This document shows positions 21,526 to 35,169 of a stretch of DNA of 64,000 nucleotides, one piece after another. The position numbers were made by a program, and so were the translations under genes. The notes beneath the pieces are model-generated. The model searched no databases and was not told the origin of the DNA. It was given only the letters and a program-made list of their open reading frames with translations. The DNA is from Neophaeotheca triangularis (taxonomy: Eukaryota): contig BAAIJX010000017.1 of NCBI GenBank assembly GCA_054600435.1, forward strand, positions 124,001 through 188,000. Reading direction: 5' to 3'. Position 1 is the stretch's first letter; each line of letters opens with the position of its first letter.

Positions 21526-22522
21526 ACTGTTGGTCGGACGCGATAGCCAACCTTTTGAAGGCGGTCGAGCAAGGCTTTGTGGCGCTGCAGTCGGGGTCGG
21601 AATCTGAGATGGGATGCGAGTGATGGTGGTGGTAGAAAGGGTCGGGACAGCGCTGGCGGATTTGGAAGAAAAGATGCGAGGACGAGCTGAAGGGCGTATG
21701 GGGTGTTCTGCTGAGACGGAGCTCAAGCGTGGTGGTGAGGGTCGACGACGCTTTCTTTCGGGCGCTGCGTGTGCTTGGAGTCCAGTAGTCTCTTGTACAG
21801 GAATATCATCGGCCTGGGCCTCGCCGCCGCCGGAAAGCTTTGAGATATTCACCTTGCCGGTTGGTGATGGTGGTGTGGTGAGTGGATTGCTAGGAGTCGC
21901 TCGCCGTAGAGAAGAATTCGTCGAGGCAAATCAAAGCTGACGTCTCCGACTTTCCCTGCTTTGCCCGACTGGGTATATGCTGCTACGGTAGGTGGCGGGC
22001 TGCGATGATGAGGGGTGCTTGGTACTGCAAAGGCAAACCTTCGAAGCTGGCGACGGTGGTGACGGACCCGATTGGTACCAAGGACAAGCTGGTTGTTTTC
22101 GCGATACGATGATGCGAAAAGCAACAATAAAGCGGTCTTCAAGGGAGTACTTAAGGTAGTATTAGGATTGGTGGGATGATATCTGATAAGTCAAGTTGAA
22201 GCATCTAGATCCCCTCGGCGGAGGCTTTCTCGTGGAACAAGGAAGGGGAGCGATGGCCGGTATAACTTCGGGAGACCGCTGCAAGTGAGTTTGTAAAGTG
22301 AGATCCTTTTCTTCTTTAACAACCTGGAAACATTTGTCGAGGTCAACTGAGGCACAACATAGCGGGTATGGCTTCTACAACCCGATACCTCATAGTTTTG
22401 GCTTCGCTTCAAGCCGTGGCGGTAGGTACAGCTGACATGGGCACAAATCGGCTCAAGTGGCACAGAGAGAAATGCTGGACACGAACAAAGACAAACGCCT
22501 CGTATTCCTGACAGCTACCCAT

Positions 22523-23530
22523 CTACAGCTTACTAGCACTCTTCTGCTTCTGTCCGACAACCCTCATCTTCGCCCTGCCGTTGCTCAAACATACCTTACC
22601 CCCCTTGACAGAGGTCACGAACCGAACCTCCTCGAAGTTGTTACTGTCCTTATTCCCCATCCTCCAGATCTGCGTCACCAGCGTATCCCCAGGCTTAACA
22701 GGGCTAGCGAATCTGGCGGCGAACTCTTTGATGTTCGTCGGGTCCGAGGCGCCCAGCAGCTTGAGCAGCCCATGGCATGTCACATTCCAGGAGTACAGTC
22801 CATGCATGATTGCTGAACCGAAGCCCATCTTCTTGCCAGGCTCCGGTTCAGCGTGGAGCGGGTTGTAGTCGCCATTCAAACGGTACAGATGCGCTGACTC
22901 TGCGGTAGTCGGGTGCTCGTAAACGGCATCTGGCTGCTTGCCCTCGGGTGGTGGGAAATTGGGGTTCTTGGGACCCTTGGGTCCGCCCCAGTTGCCTTGG
23001 CCGACGAAGAAGCCCGCTCCCACGGCTCGAGTGTATACTTCGCCGGTCCCGGCTTCTACGAGTTCTTGCTGCGTCTCCATGACCGTACCAGGCGGGCCCT
23101 TATCCCAAACGCCGATCACCTTACTGCGAATCTCGAACTTTTTGCCCTCCGAGGTCGTGGGTAGTGGTTTGAGGAAGGTAATGGAGCGTTCGCCGTCTAC
23201 GACTCGGCGGGAGTCGAGTTTGGGGATACCTGGGATGGAGCCACGGGACGAGGATTGGGAGGCATAGAAGTCGATGACTTCTTGCGAGGTACCTCTAAAC
23301 GGGAGGATGATGGGCCATGTTGGAAACGCGGCAAAGCTGCGGCCAACAGATTAGGATGGCTCTATGTAAGACCATTGACAGATTTGTGCAACTTACTTTG
23401 GGTCGAGCTCATACAGGAAATGAAGCTCGTCGACGGTACAGCCTATGGAGACTGCGAACAGAAGCAGGTCTCGCTTCAGCCAGGAAACTTGCTGGGGAGC
23501 GTATTCGTAGCCTTGGCCTGGGTTCGACAT
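22523..23530 (-). CDS. Peroxisomal enoyl-CoA hydratase 2 / MaoC-like dehydratase, 2 exons
   Basis: Intron 23396-23337 gives ...ELDPNFAAFPTWP...; hydratase-2 motif YRLNGDYNPLH...AIMHGL; C-terminal PTS1 SKL. Confidence 0.92.
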
Positions 23531-24423
23531 CTTGATCCTACCTGATCTTGCAAATTGATTCTACAGAACCCTCGCAATATTGTCAGCGACAACGAAACCT
23601 TGTTGGTGAACAAGGACGTGGTGTTCTGGTGGGAGAGCTGGAGCTCCATACAAAGCCGAGGTTATCTTCGGCATTGGTTCGGAAAAAGCACAGCTCGAGA
23701 ACGAGAACGTCCTGAACGTCGACGAAGAGCTCTGCAGTGCCTGGAAAACCTACAGCGCAAGCCATGCTACTTTTACAGCGTATCGCCGCACTCAACACCG
23801 ACACACTTGGCTCACGGGCTAAGTAGTGGCTTTCCCGCCGTCGAAGAGAATGCGAGCGCGGGCATGTTGGCCAACCTCGTGTCCCACGCAAGCCAAAGTG
23901 CTGCATGGCGATGGTGAGGCATGGCGCTTGTAGAGTTATGGTCTCATCTCAGCTACGCCACTGCACGCTCCTTGACACGAAAGGCGCACACTGGAAGTTT
24001 ATGTGGGTATGCATCGCTATGTCCGAGGCGGTCTGGGCAGGGCCATGGGAGGACGAGCTGGCTTCATCCTTGAGTCCAAAACTTTCTCTCAAACTCGTTG
24101 CTATAGTACTCTCGACTTTGCTCAGCTCAGCTCGACCTTCCTGGCTCAAGAACCAGCCATCGGATGGCGCGAATGGCACGCCATCATCCAATGGGATATC
24201 AGCTCATACGGTGTTGCCGTCATCACGGCGTGGTACCATCAGCTCATGGTGTTGATATCAGCTCACCACGGCGAAGCATGTTTGCGTGGTGTCGGTGGCT
24301 GTATAAGATCATACCTCCTCTACAGCTAGATACAATGGCCGCCAGCTCTCATCGTTGCAGCCGTCTTGTATCAACAAATCTCTCTCAATAGAGAATCGTA
24401 TTACTCAGTCAAGTTCCTTAGCT

Positions 24424-25927
24424 ATGGCAGCGGCACTAGATCTCGCAAACGTTCAGGGTGACATTCTCATGGAGGGTTTGCCAAAACGCAACGAGTCTTT
24501 CTTCTTCTTCACGATCAAAGATGGCAGTGTCGCAGCATTCTGTCAGAGTCTGGCCCAAGTCGCTCAGAAGATCACGCCAGCTTCAAGAGCGGAAAGCGTT
24601 CGCAAGGAAATCAAGGATGGCAAAGCGCAAGGAAAAGGGGATACGTTGGTTTCCACCGCTGGAGCAAATATCGCTTTCTCTGCATCCGGGTTGAGAAAGG
24701 TGCGTCTTGGTTATCCCTTCCAATGACGATGAATTGACTGATTTGAAACAGATGTCGACCAGTCTCAAGAAGATAGATCTGAAGACAAATGATTCAGCTT
24801 TTGACGCCGGCATGCGAGCGAACGCGGCCAGCCTGAATGATCCAGTCAAGCCAAATACGTCTGAGCCCACTTGGGAAACATCTTTCATGGGCAAGATTCA
24901 TGGCATTGTCTTGGTTGCAGGAAGTGACACCACTCAAGTCCGATTGAAGATGGAGGAGATCAAGAGCATCTTTAAATTCCCCGGCGCCGATGCCCTGGTA
25001 GAGGCAGTTGTCACGGTTCAAGGCAAGGTTCGACCTGGCAAGGAGAAGGGCCATGAGCAGTGAGTAGAAAGATATATGCCGACATGCTGTCTTGCTGACT
25101 CCCGAAGCTTTGGCTACCTCGACGGTATCTCGGAGCCAGCGATTAAAGGCGTCAACGCCAAAACCGCCCACCCGGGCCAAGATATCATCCGGCCTGGTGT
25201 GATCCTCTGCAACCGCGAAGGCGACGAGCAAACCCATCCTGCCTGGATGACCGACGGCTCCTTTCTCGTCTTCCGCAAACTCGCCCAAGACGTCCCCGCC
25301 TGGAACAAATTCATCGTCGACAGCGCCAGTAAACTCTCCACCACGCCCGACCTCCTCGGAGCACGTCTAATCGGGCGCTGGAAATCCGGCTGTCCCGTTC
25401 AGCTCTCCCCATCTTCGGACAACAAGACCATCGGTCCGGACCCCCAGAAGAACGACAATTTCGACTTCAGGCCCAACGACAGCACCAAGTGTCCCATTGG
25501 CGCCCACATCCGCAAAACCAACCCTCGCGCCGATTTGGGGGGCACCCTCGGCCAGCACTCTGGTACCGAGCCCTTCCGTATTATGCGTCGCGGTATACCG
25601 TATGGCGACGAGCTCGCCGACGATCCGAATGGTGAGCGCGGACTACTGTTTGTGTGCTACCAGAGCAATCTGGCGAGGGGATTCCAGTTCATACAGCAGA
25701 CTTGGGCGAATAATGATAGCTTTCCTGCGCAGGGAGCGGGACTGGATGCCACCATTGGTCAGAGCAATGGCCAGAAGATGGTTGAGATGTTGGGATTGAA
25801 TCCAAAGGATTCAAAGGCTGGGCTTGGGTTCCACGGGCTTAATCAGTTTGTCAAGCCCAAGGGTGGGGAATACTTCTTTTCGCCCAGTCTGACGGCTTTG
25901 AGGACGACTTTGGCTGTTGTCAAGTAG
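24424..25927 (+). CDS. Dye-decolorizing (DyP-type) heme peroxidase, 3 exons
   Basis: Introns 24700-24751 and 25060-25107 (AAG acceptor) restore GHEHFGYLDGISEP (GxxDG). Also GAHIRKTNPR (proximal His), IMRRGIPYG (distal Arg) and GGEYFFSPS. Confidence 0.93.
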
Positions 25928-26413
25928 AGGGAATAGAACTGCCGTTTACGAAGAGTGTTGCACAAATTGACCAAGGATCAATGCATTGGAAGTAGAGGCA
26001 CTGTACAGAATACCCAAATTGTGGCCGATATTGGTACCCACGAACCCGGTTAAGACTGCTCAGGAATGGTACAAGCGCGGCGCTCCTCGCAAGGAACACG
26101 TATACTCGACAAATTGTCTTTTAAGATAAACGTGATTATCTACTTTAGTACGTAGGGTCAATGGTACTGGTCGAGTCCATCTTCTCGAGAGGCACCATGG
26201 TCAGTGCGCAATGCCAAGACCTGCAGCTGCCAGATTGAAGCGAGCGAGCGAGTTCCATCTGCACTCACTTCACTTGCACACCCCCGACACGACAACGACG
26301 ACGACGACCCTTGCCTCTGTTCCTCCAACTCACTCCGCTCCCTCCACCCGCAAGCTACCACTAGCCGGCAACGCCATCACGTCCTCCCAATGTGCGCGCC
26401 CGGGGCCGTCTAG

Positions 26414-29400
26414 ATGAGCTTCCCTTCCCATTCCTCCAACACTTCCGCCAACGAAGCCAACCCCACGCCTACTGCTTCGACTGGCGCACCCGGCTCCAGG
26501 CCACAACAGTATCAGTCCACGTTCGGAGCATCACCACAACCGCGACAGGGCTCGCGCAGAGGATTGACACCCATCTCTACCAGTGCCACGGCCAGCGCCG
26601 CTCAGACACGACCGGGCAGCGCGAGTGGAAGCCCATCTCGAGCTGCCTTTTCCCCTACCAACCCCGGCTTCAACCTCGCCTCGCACGCGGCCAATCGCCA
26701 GGTGGGCAGCAGCCGCCAGTCATCTACCTCGTCCACGAACTCACTAATTTCACCTTCGGGAAACAGCGGGCAATACCCACTCCGCGCGCGCAACTTGACC
26801 GCAGGCTCGCCGCGCCCGGGCAACCCGTCAGCTCACGCGGCCTCACTGTCCCAGGCCACACAAAACGCTTCAGGAATAGTAGGAGGAGCTCCCTCTCGAT
26901 TCTCCAGGCACTCGCCATCAATATCTGTATCTAACACTGGCTCTCCCATTTCCGCAGGGCCTCACAACGCCGGTGCTTCCAGCCATTCGAGCATTGTCAC
27001 CACTCAATTGAACATCCTTTTGAGCACCATCAGAGCAGACGATCAAGCCAAGTGGGATACGCAGGCGGAGAAGATTTGGAGATTGGTCGATGCAAACGGC
27101 ATGGAAACATACCTGATCTACTTCCGCCGATTACTCACAAGCAACGCATCCACCATCTTCCCAGCAAACGGTCGTCACTCAGAGACCTCCAACAACTACC
27201 AACTACTAGTCACTGAAGTACATAAGATACTTCAAGATCCTCAACAGGGCGAAAAGATCGCGCAGTCACTGGATACAACTGAAGGCGAGCTTTTCAGGGA
27301 CTTTGATCTATCGGCTTTCCTCGAACACTTCCGATTGGACCCGGTCTCAAAGGTTGCTGTAGCACTGCCTTGCCGCACAGTCACCAAACCGGACATCCGC
27401 AACAAAGGTAAGCTCACGCATCACTGTTTACGGCTTCTTCCACCTCGGACATCTAACTTTACCAACTTTAGGCGAAGCCATCCTCACCAACAACTTCCAA
27501 TCCTTCTTGCACACCCTATCCTCCCCCGTGAACGCTCAAACAGGCGAACCGAGCGACAACCTTCCATCCGCCGTACTAGCTTCATTACTCGACCGAATCG
27601 CGCAAGAGCCGCCACGTAGCTGGAACGAGGAGCAGCGTACCGATCTCAAGTACGCCATAAGAGTCAGGTATAGCAGGTTGAATGCGCCAATACCGTCTGC
27701 AATAGAATCTGCAATGTCGCTAGTTGATTTGCTCGAGTCGCAAGACAGCCGTCTGGCGCGCAGGCTGCAGCAGTATGGACCCAGAGCTACAGCCAGTCTT
27801 GACGCGTGTAAAGAGGTGCTGGCTGGAGTGGAGACCCGCGATATCTCGTACGTTCAAATTGCAAACGCGCTCCTCTTCACGGTCGTCATACAGAATGGAG
27901 ACGCGTACAACCCGGCAGTGTTTGTGGAGGGCTTGAGGCAGCACAGAGCTGGACCAAAAATCGATTGGACCGACGTTGTGCAGGGCTTTGACAGGGAGGG
28001 ACTCACAGTCACGAAGAAGCAGTTCCTTGCGCTGTACAATGCACTTCTACCGTTGGCGAAGGAGCATAACAAACTCGACATCCAGACAATGTGGGGCGGG
28101 CCGTGGCAGAGTCCGGAAACGCAACTGTCCTTTGTTGTGGCATTCCTCTCAACCACTCCAGAGGAGCTAGATGTACGCCAAATACCTGACTTCCGACCCG
28201 CATTCACGCTGGAGGACTTCGAGGACGCATCCGAGAGCGTGCGCGCCTTTGCGGCCGAGGCTGTGAAGCACCCATTGGTCTCTCGCGATGCCACCGAGGC
28301 TCTCTTCACGATGATCTTCCGCAGTCAAGACACCTACAACCAGGCACAGATGCTCGGCATACCCGATACACTCATCAATCCGAACATGACTGTTTTCCTG
28401 GTTGCAGCCGCTGCGGTGCCAAAACCATGGGCAGCATTGCAAGAGCAGGCTTTGAAGCAGCTCTTCTATCCCTTCCTTCTCAAGCAGCACGATAACTACG
28501 ATTTCGTCATGCATGCGCTGTGGAAGCATGACAAGACTTGGGTTGCGGCGCGCATTGTTGAGTTTTATACACAGGACCAGACGTTGTTGGCGCTCATCTT
28601 CGAGCACGCGCAAGAGCACGGCTGGATTGAGCTGCTTCTCACCATACAAAATACCTTCACCATCGACCTAGCAGCGTACGCACATGGCAAGAATGTTGTC
28701 AGCTTGGAGGAGTGGTCGCAGCAGCACGTCGCAGCTATGGGCCTGCCACAGTTCGCTCGAGTCATACTGGATTTCCTCAGACACAAGCTAGACGACGAAA
28801 GCCTGGTACAGAAAGAAGATGTCCCACGTACTTCAGTGCCTCTAGCGCTCAGGACCGTGTCCACTCTTTTGTTGCTCGGCAGCGAGGCTCTACTTGACGA
28901 AGAGCACTCGGCCCTGCATAGGCAATGCCTGCAGACCTACCCGCGTCTGATCAACTACGGCGATGACGAAAAGATCAACGCTATTCTCGAAAGTAGCTGC
29001 GATCAAGGACATGCTCTACCGGAAGAAGCCAGCGCTCAAATGGAAGAGCAATACAAGAGAATGTACGGGGGTGAGCAAACAGTGCAAGACGTGATTCACT
29101 TTCTAAAACACTTGAAAGCGTCTGAAAACGCAGTGGACCAAGACCTCTTCGCCTGCATGATCCACGGTTTGTTCGACGAATACAACTGCTTTGGCGAATA
29201 TCCGCATGAAGCTCTGGCTACCACTGCTGTGCTGTTCGGTGGCATCATCAACTACAACGTCTTGGGAGGAGTCTCGTTGAACGTCGCGCTGCACATGGTC
29301 TTTGAGTCCGTCTCGGAATATGGACCAGAAAACTCGATGTACAAGTTTGGACTTCAGGCCATCCTCTCGTTTCCAGACAAGTTCCGAGAGCTGCCGCTAG

Positions 29401-32400
29401 TCTGCGAACGCATTGTTTCTATTCCAAGCCTCCGCGGGACCGACGCCATGGAGAAGGCACAGATGATACTCCAGCAGATGGGCGAGGAAAGCGTGGGCAT
29501 CAATGGAGATGGACCCAGCGGCATCAATGGCGCCGGCATAGACCCGGACGAGTTCCCTGCCGATTCGCCCACACCAGCATTCTCTTCCATCAACATCGAC
29601 CCGCCCCTTCGTCCAGAGATCTACGAGGAGCCGGACGAGGACACCTCGGACAAAGTCATGTTCGTTTTGAATAACGTTTCGAAGCGCAACCTTGACGAGA
29701 AGTTCAAAGATTTGAAGGGCGCTCTGGAGGAACGGCACCACCAGTGGTTTGCGCATTACTTGGTCGAAGAGCTTGCCAAGTCGCAGCCCAACTTTCAGGC
29801 CCTTTACCTACAGATTCTGGACAACTTCAACGAAAGGGTGCTGTGGCAGGAAGTCGTTCGTGAAACGTACGCGAGCTGCGCGAAGATGCTGAATTCGCAG
29901 TCTACAATGGACTCGGCAACGGAGAGGACCAATCTCAAGAATTTGGCGCTTTGGCTCGGCTCGCTCACGCTAGCGCGCAACCAGCCCGTCTTGAGCCGGA
30001 ACATCTCTTTCAAGGATCTCTTGCTCGAGGCTCACGACTCGTCCAGGCTGCTTGTCGCCATCCCTTTCACTTGCAAAGTCTTGAGTCAAGCACAGCGCTC
30101 TCGAGTGTTCCTGCCTCCAAATCCATGGCTTATGGAACTTCTCGGTTTCCTCAGCGAGCTGTACCATTTCATGGAGCTCAAGCTGAACATGAAGTTTGAG
30201 GTTGAGGTCCTATGCAAAGACCTCGGCCTCGACGTTAAGACTATCGAGCCCCTTGACATCATTCGCTCCCGCCCCATGCTGCATCAGGACAACATGCTCC
30301 AGCAGTACGTACCCGAGGGCGGTCCAGATGCCTTCGGAGACATGCACCTTATGGGGTTGTCTAAGAGGGCCCCTAATGAGCGCTTCTCCCCGGCTTCCGT
30401 CATCGATGCTCTGCCTGATCTCCGTGGCATGCTGCACATTCCACAAGCTGCTGGCAACGTTACGCAGACGAGTCTGGAAGGCATCTTCATCAATGCTGCT
30501 CAAGCTGCCATCCACGAGATCATTGCGCCAGTCGTCGAGCGCTCGGTCACCATTGCGGCTATCAGCACTTCGGAGTTGATTCAAAAGGACTTTGCGACTG
30601 AGGTCGATGTCGACAAGCTACGTTCGTCTGCTCACACCGTTGTCAAAGCACTGAGTGGCTCTCTTGCTCTTGTCACGTGCAAAGAACCGCTCCGCATGAG
30701 CATCACCAACAACATCCGCATCTTGGCATCGAGGAGTCTCCCAGAGCAACTTCCAGAGGGTCAGATTCTCATGTTCGTCAACGACAACATCGACAACGTT
30801 TGCAACTTGGTTGAGAACGCAGCCGAGCAGCACTCTCTCGCCGAAATCGACGCTCAACTGGACGCGGCTGTCAAGCAGCGTGCTCAGCACCTCGAGCAGC
30901 GACCCAATGAACAGTTCGACTTCCCGCCAGTGAATCGCTGGGCGCAGTTGATTCCGGACCCGTACAGGCAGGAGCTCGGTGGCTTGAACCGCCAGCAGCT
31001 TAACCTGTACGAGGAATTTGGTCGTCAGGCCCGCATTACCCCCGTCACTCATGGTGGTGCTGCTTCTTCTGAGGGTACCCGCCAGCTTCCCGATATGCTC
31101 GCGGATACCTACTTGCCTGCCTCACTGCAGACGCCATCCGAAGCGCCTACCATGCCTCGTCAAACTCCTCAGCAACGCACTCAGGGTCTCAATGCGGCAC
31201 AACACCAGGCAAATGGCTATGTAGGCTTGGAAGCGGTTGGCCGCAGGATCCAAGAGCTGCTTCAAGATCTACAGCAAGCCACCCGTGAGGCTTCCGAAGA
31301 GCAGATCAACGATATCGGCCCTGACGCACCTACTAGGCGCATTTTCGAGCAGATCGTGCCTCTTGTGGAATCGTCTATGCAAAAGGATGATCTTGCCGCC
31401 GCTGCCGGTGGGGAGGCCATGAAGTACATGTACTTTGAAAGTCAGCGTCGCCTCGAAGTCGAGGTCTTCGCGCGCCTTCTCGGTCAACTGTGCCAACGTT
31501 CGACTTCCTACGGCCGCATGCTCGCCATGCAGCTTTCAAGCTTCGACGATGAGAAGATGCTCAACCCCGTGGTCACTGTCGCTCTAATCAACGAAGGACT
31601 CATGGAGACGCAGCTTGTCGACATTCAGGTCGCGAGACTGATCAGGGCGCGCCGTCTGGCCGCTCTCGACTTCATGCGCGATCTTGCCGACGAAGCATTG
31701 CTCGGCGACAGCCCAATCGCCATCCGCTCCGACTTTGCCCACACCTACGAGGCTATGAGCCTTTGGCTCGCCGAAGATCCAGAGCTCGAAGTCGGCGCTC
31801 AGCTCATGTCGAAGCTCACAATTTCCCCGAGAGCTGTCAATGGCATGCCCAGCCCGCCGGAATCCGACAAGCAGGATCAGCTGGAGTATGTGTTTGAAGA
31901 GTGGGTGAGACTGCAGCGTAGAGATGTCCCTGAGCGCACGTATGCGGCCTTTGTACAGCAGCTGCACAAGCAGGGAATTCTGGCCGATGCGGATAGTGCA
32001 ATGGCGTTCTTCAGGACTTCCCTGGACACTGCCGTCGTCGCTTGTGAACGTGCCATGGCGATCCCCTTCGGCAACAACGACCAGGCTTTCATCCAGCTTG
32101 ACGCGCTCGCGAAGCTCATCGCCTGTCTGGTCATCTACCAAGGTCCGGAGGAAGAGGAGGGCCCGTCAAAGAAGCCCAAGTTCCTCGAAGCTCTTTTCCG
32201 TGTCGTCGTACTGGTCATGAACGATTTGCAAGTCAAACACAAGGAGCGCTTCAGTGCCAGGGCGTACTTCAGACTCTTCTCCACGACACTCTGTGAGCTG
32301 CACGGCTACCGTGCTCAGCTTGGTCTTGAGGTACACTTGGAGGTGCTCAAGGTCTTCGCCAGGGCTATGCTCGTATTACAACCGAAGTACTTCACCGGGT

Positions 32401-33401
32401 TCAGCTTCTCCTGGCTTGCACTCGTTAGCCATCGTCTTTTTGTGCCAGTGCTGCTCAAGGCGCCCGGTCGTACAGGATGGGACACGTACGTCAAGATTCT
32501 GGAAACCGTGTTTGTGAATTTCGGGCTCATGACCGACTCCGTCGAAGCCGCGCCTCTGGCACAAGACTTCTATCGCGGTGTGCTGCGTTTGCTGGTTATG
32601 CTGGGCCACGACTTCCCTGAGTTCGTCGCGGAAAATCACACGCGCTTGAACAGCAGCGTCCCCCACGGCTGCAGCCAGCTGCAAAACATGATCAATACTT
32701 CGACGCCAGCACCTCACTACGACCAGCCCGATCCTTTCTCCCAAGGCTTGAAGATCAACCGCTTGGAACAGATCCGGATGGCGCCACTTGTCAACACCGA
32801 CGTCGAAAAGATCCTTCAAGACGTCGGCATCAAAGAGCAGCTCGACCACGTCCTCAGTGGCAGCGAGACCACCGACGGCGACTACAGCACCGTCTTCTCT
32901 GTCGTCTCGGCCGCCACTCCTCTTGTCATCAACGCCTTCATCCTCTACACTGGCATCAAAGCGACCTCAACCTCCTCCAGTTTCTCTTCCGCCGCCTCGC
33001 CGGCGCGTCTTCTCGAGCGCCTCCTTCGCGAGAGCTCTCCCGACGGCCGCTACGCCTTACTCGCAGCCATGACGAACCAAGTTCGCTATGTCAACGCGCA
33101 CACGCACTACTTCTCGACCGCGCTCAACCACCTCTTCAACACCAACGGCGAAGCCGTCCAGCAGACGATCCTGCGCGTTCTGGTTGAGAGGTTGCAAGTC
33201 GTGCGCCCGCACCCCTGGGGCTTGATCGTCACCGTCCTCGAGCTCGTCAAGAACCAGGCGTATGGTTTCTGGGAAGCGCCGTGGGTCAAGGCCGCGCCGC
33301 AGGTCGAGGGCTTGTTGGTGCAGCTTGCAGCTGGCCAGAGGGAGAGGGAGGGTTTGGCTCAGGGCTCTCAGGCACAGGGTGAGGCTGGGATGCTGCGTTA
33401 G
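26414..33401 (+). CDS. NOT1: CCR4-NOT scaffold subunit Not1, 2 exons
   Basis: Intron 27408-27471 joins the two long ORFs. Motifs include DKVMFVLNNVS, LKNLALWLGSLTLARN, APVVERSVTIA and RPHPWGLIVT. Confidence 0.95.
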
Positions 33402-35169
33402 AAGGGCAGCAGCGGCAAGGAGACGGGGAGGCGCAAGTGGAAGACGCTGCCGGTGGACTGGGAATGACGGGATTGAGAAGTTGGGAAAGACGACTTGAGG
33501 CAGATGCTCCCATGACGAAACCGGGCTATAGACGGGGTCCCCCGGGCAAGCAAAGGGCCGTGTCATTTCTAATACAACACAAGATTACGACTTTCAACCT
33601 ACTAAAGAGCGACTAGCGAGCGTCTGGAGAGGAAGGCGGTGATGATGAAACATAAACACTTGTATTGTAGCATTGGGGTGGCGTTATTGTCTATCTTGTT
33701 ACGCTCGTGCGCGGCTCATGACGGATGGGTTGTAGAGTAAAGTAGGTAGCATTGATGGCTTGGGCTTGGGCTTTGCTTGCTATGCTAAAGCGTTATGATG
33801 AAGTAATTGTCTGTCCATCAAGGCGTTGTCGTGGTTGTTCGTTCTTATGGCTGTGAGTGTGAGCGTGATGGGTTTTGTACAGGAGGTATCGTCCGCGAGG
33901 GTTTCTTCGCATCCTTTAATTCTTCGACTTTTAATAGTCTCTGGTAGATTTCGACTTTGCTGAGGCCCCGATGTATTGAGCAATAACGCAAGCACAGCTC
34001 ATCAGTGATTGTCGCAATTCCTTACGCTCTAGGACTTTTAGTCTGATCTGATAGACTGTGGCCGCCGCTCGAGCGCTCTCACCTCCGCAGACGGATCCCA
34101 AAGCAGCTTCGTCCTTGACAAGCAATCCATGTGGTGTGTGTGTGCGTGCCTCGCATCTCGCAAACGCAGGGCATTCCAAAGCAGAGCTTCGTGGTTTATA
34201 AGCAATCGATGATGGAATCCATCACATGTGCCTTCTCGTAGCTGAGTGACTCGAAGGCCCTTATCAGAAATAGGATGGTCTCCCCTCGATCATTAACGAA
34301 GAAGCCCTTGCGATCAACACCCCAATATCAGAATTTTCGCAATTCTCCCAAAAGGAGGGGCGGCGACACGCGAGTTCACGGTCAGTAAAATCATCAGATA
34401 CCTACACATCTACCCGACTGATCTGACCCATCATCCCTCCACCTGTAGATCGCCGCCCATTGATTCAACCCCCACAGAATGGTGCCCGCAGACCCCAATC
34501 ACGTCCCCGAACCCCACGGCCCTATACCCTAGGCCCTAAGGAGGTCCCGCAACGGACTTACAACTAAGCAAAGAGGACACGGTCTTCTGGCTGCTAGCGA
34601 TAGCCAGCTGGGGACTTGAGATGGCCGCAGCAGTCGTAGGAGGTTTCGACCACACGACCTCGCCTCGTTTCCTTGGAACTTTGACGGCGCTCTTGGTGTC
34701 GCATTGGGCGGTTTTCTTGCAGGCAGTGTGGATGATGATGGGGCAGTCGAGACGGCGGGAGAGGTTTATGGTACGTTGAGGGTTCGAGTTTGGGTCCCGG
34801 GGCCTGTGCGACTAGATATGTCACATACTGTACATTTCGCACGCCGCTTCCTGTGTAGTGCCAAAAGGTAAGAAACACTGAATATCCTAGATGGATATTG
34901 CCAATTCTCAAGAGAGCCGCGAGATGAGAAAAGGGATGTACAAGCCAGTATTCGCGTGTGATGGGGAAAAAGAACAAAAAAAGAAAAATTGGCACCCAAC
35001 CTGACGAGATGCTACAGTCCACACTACATCGCCAGACTGAACTGGAACAAATAGACAAAACAGCCCAAGGACAGAAACAGTCCAAAGAGAGACCAGTCAA
35101 TTCAACGCACCCACTCGGCATCCCAGGCGGGAGGGAAAAGCAAGCCAGCACGCGCCAGCCTCCTGCTCC

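Noticed and set aside
22181..22190. ATCTGATAAG, SreA-type GATA site (another at about 62866)
   Set aside because: About one match is expected by chance in 64 kb, and neither precedes a known iron gene.
23555..24255. Several 80-120 aa ORFs between MaoC and DyP
   Set aside because: They overlap on both strands, have no motifs and sit in a presumed divergent promoter region.
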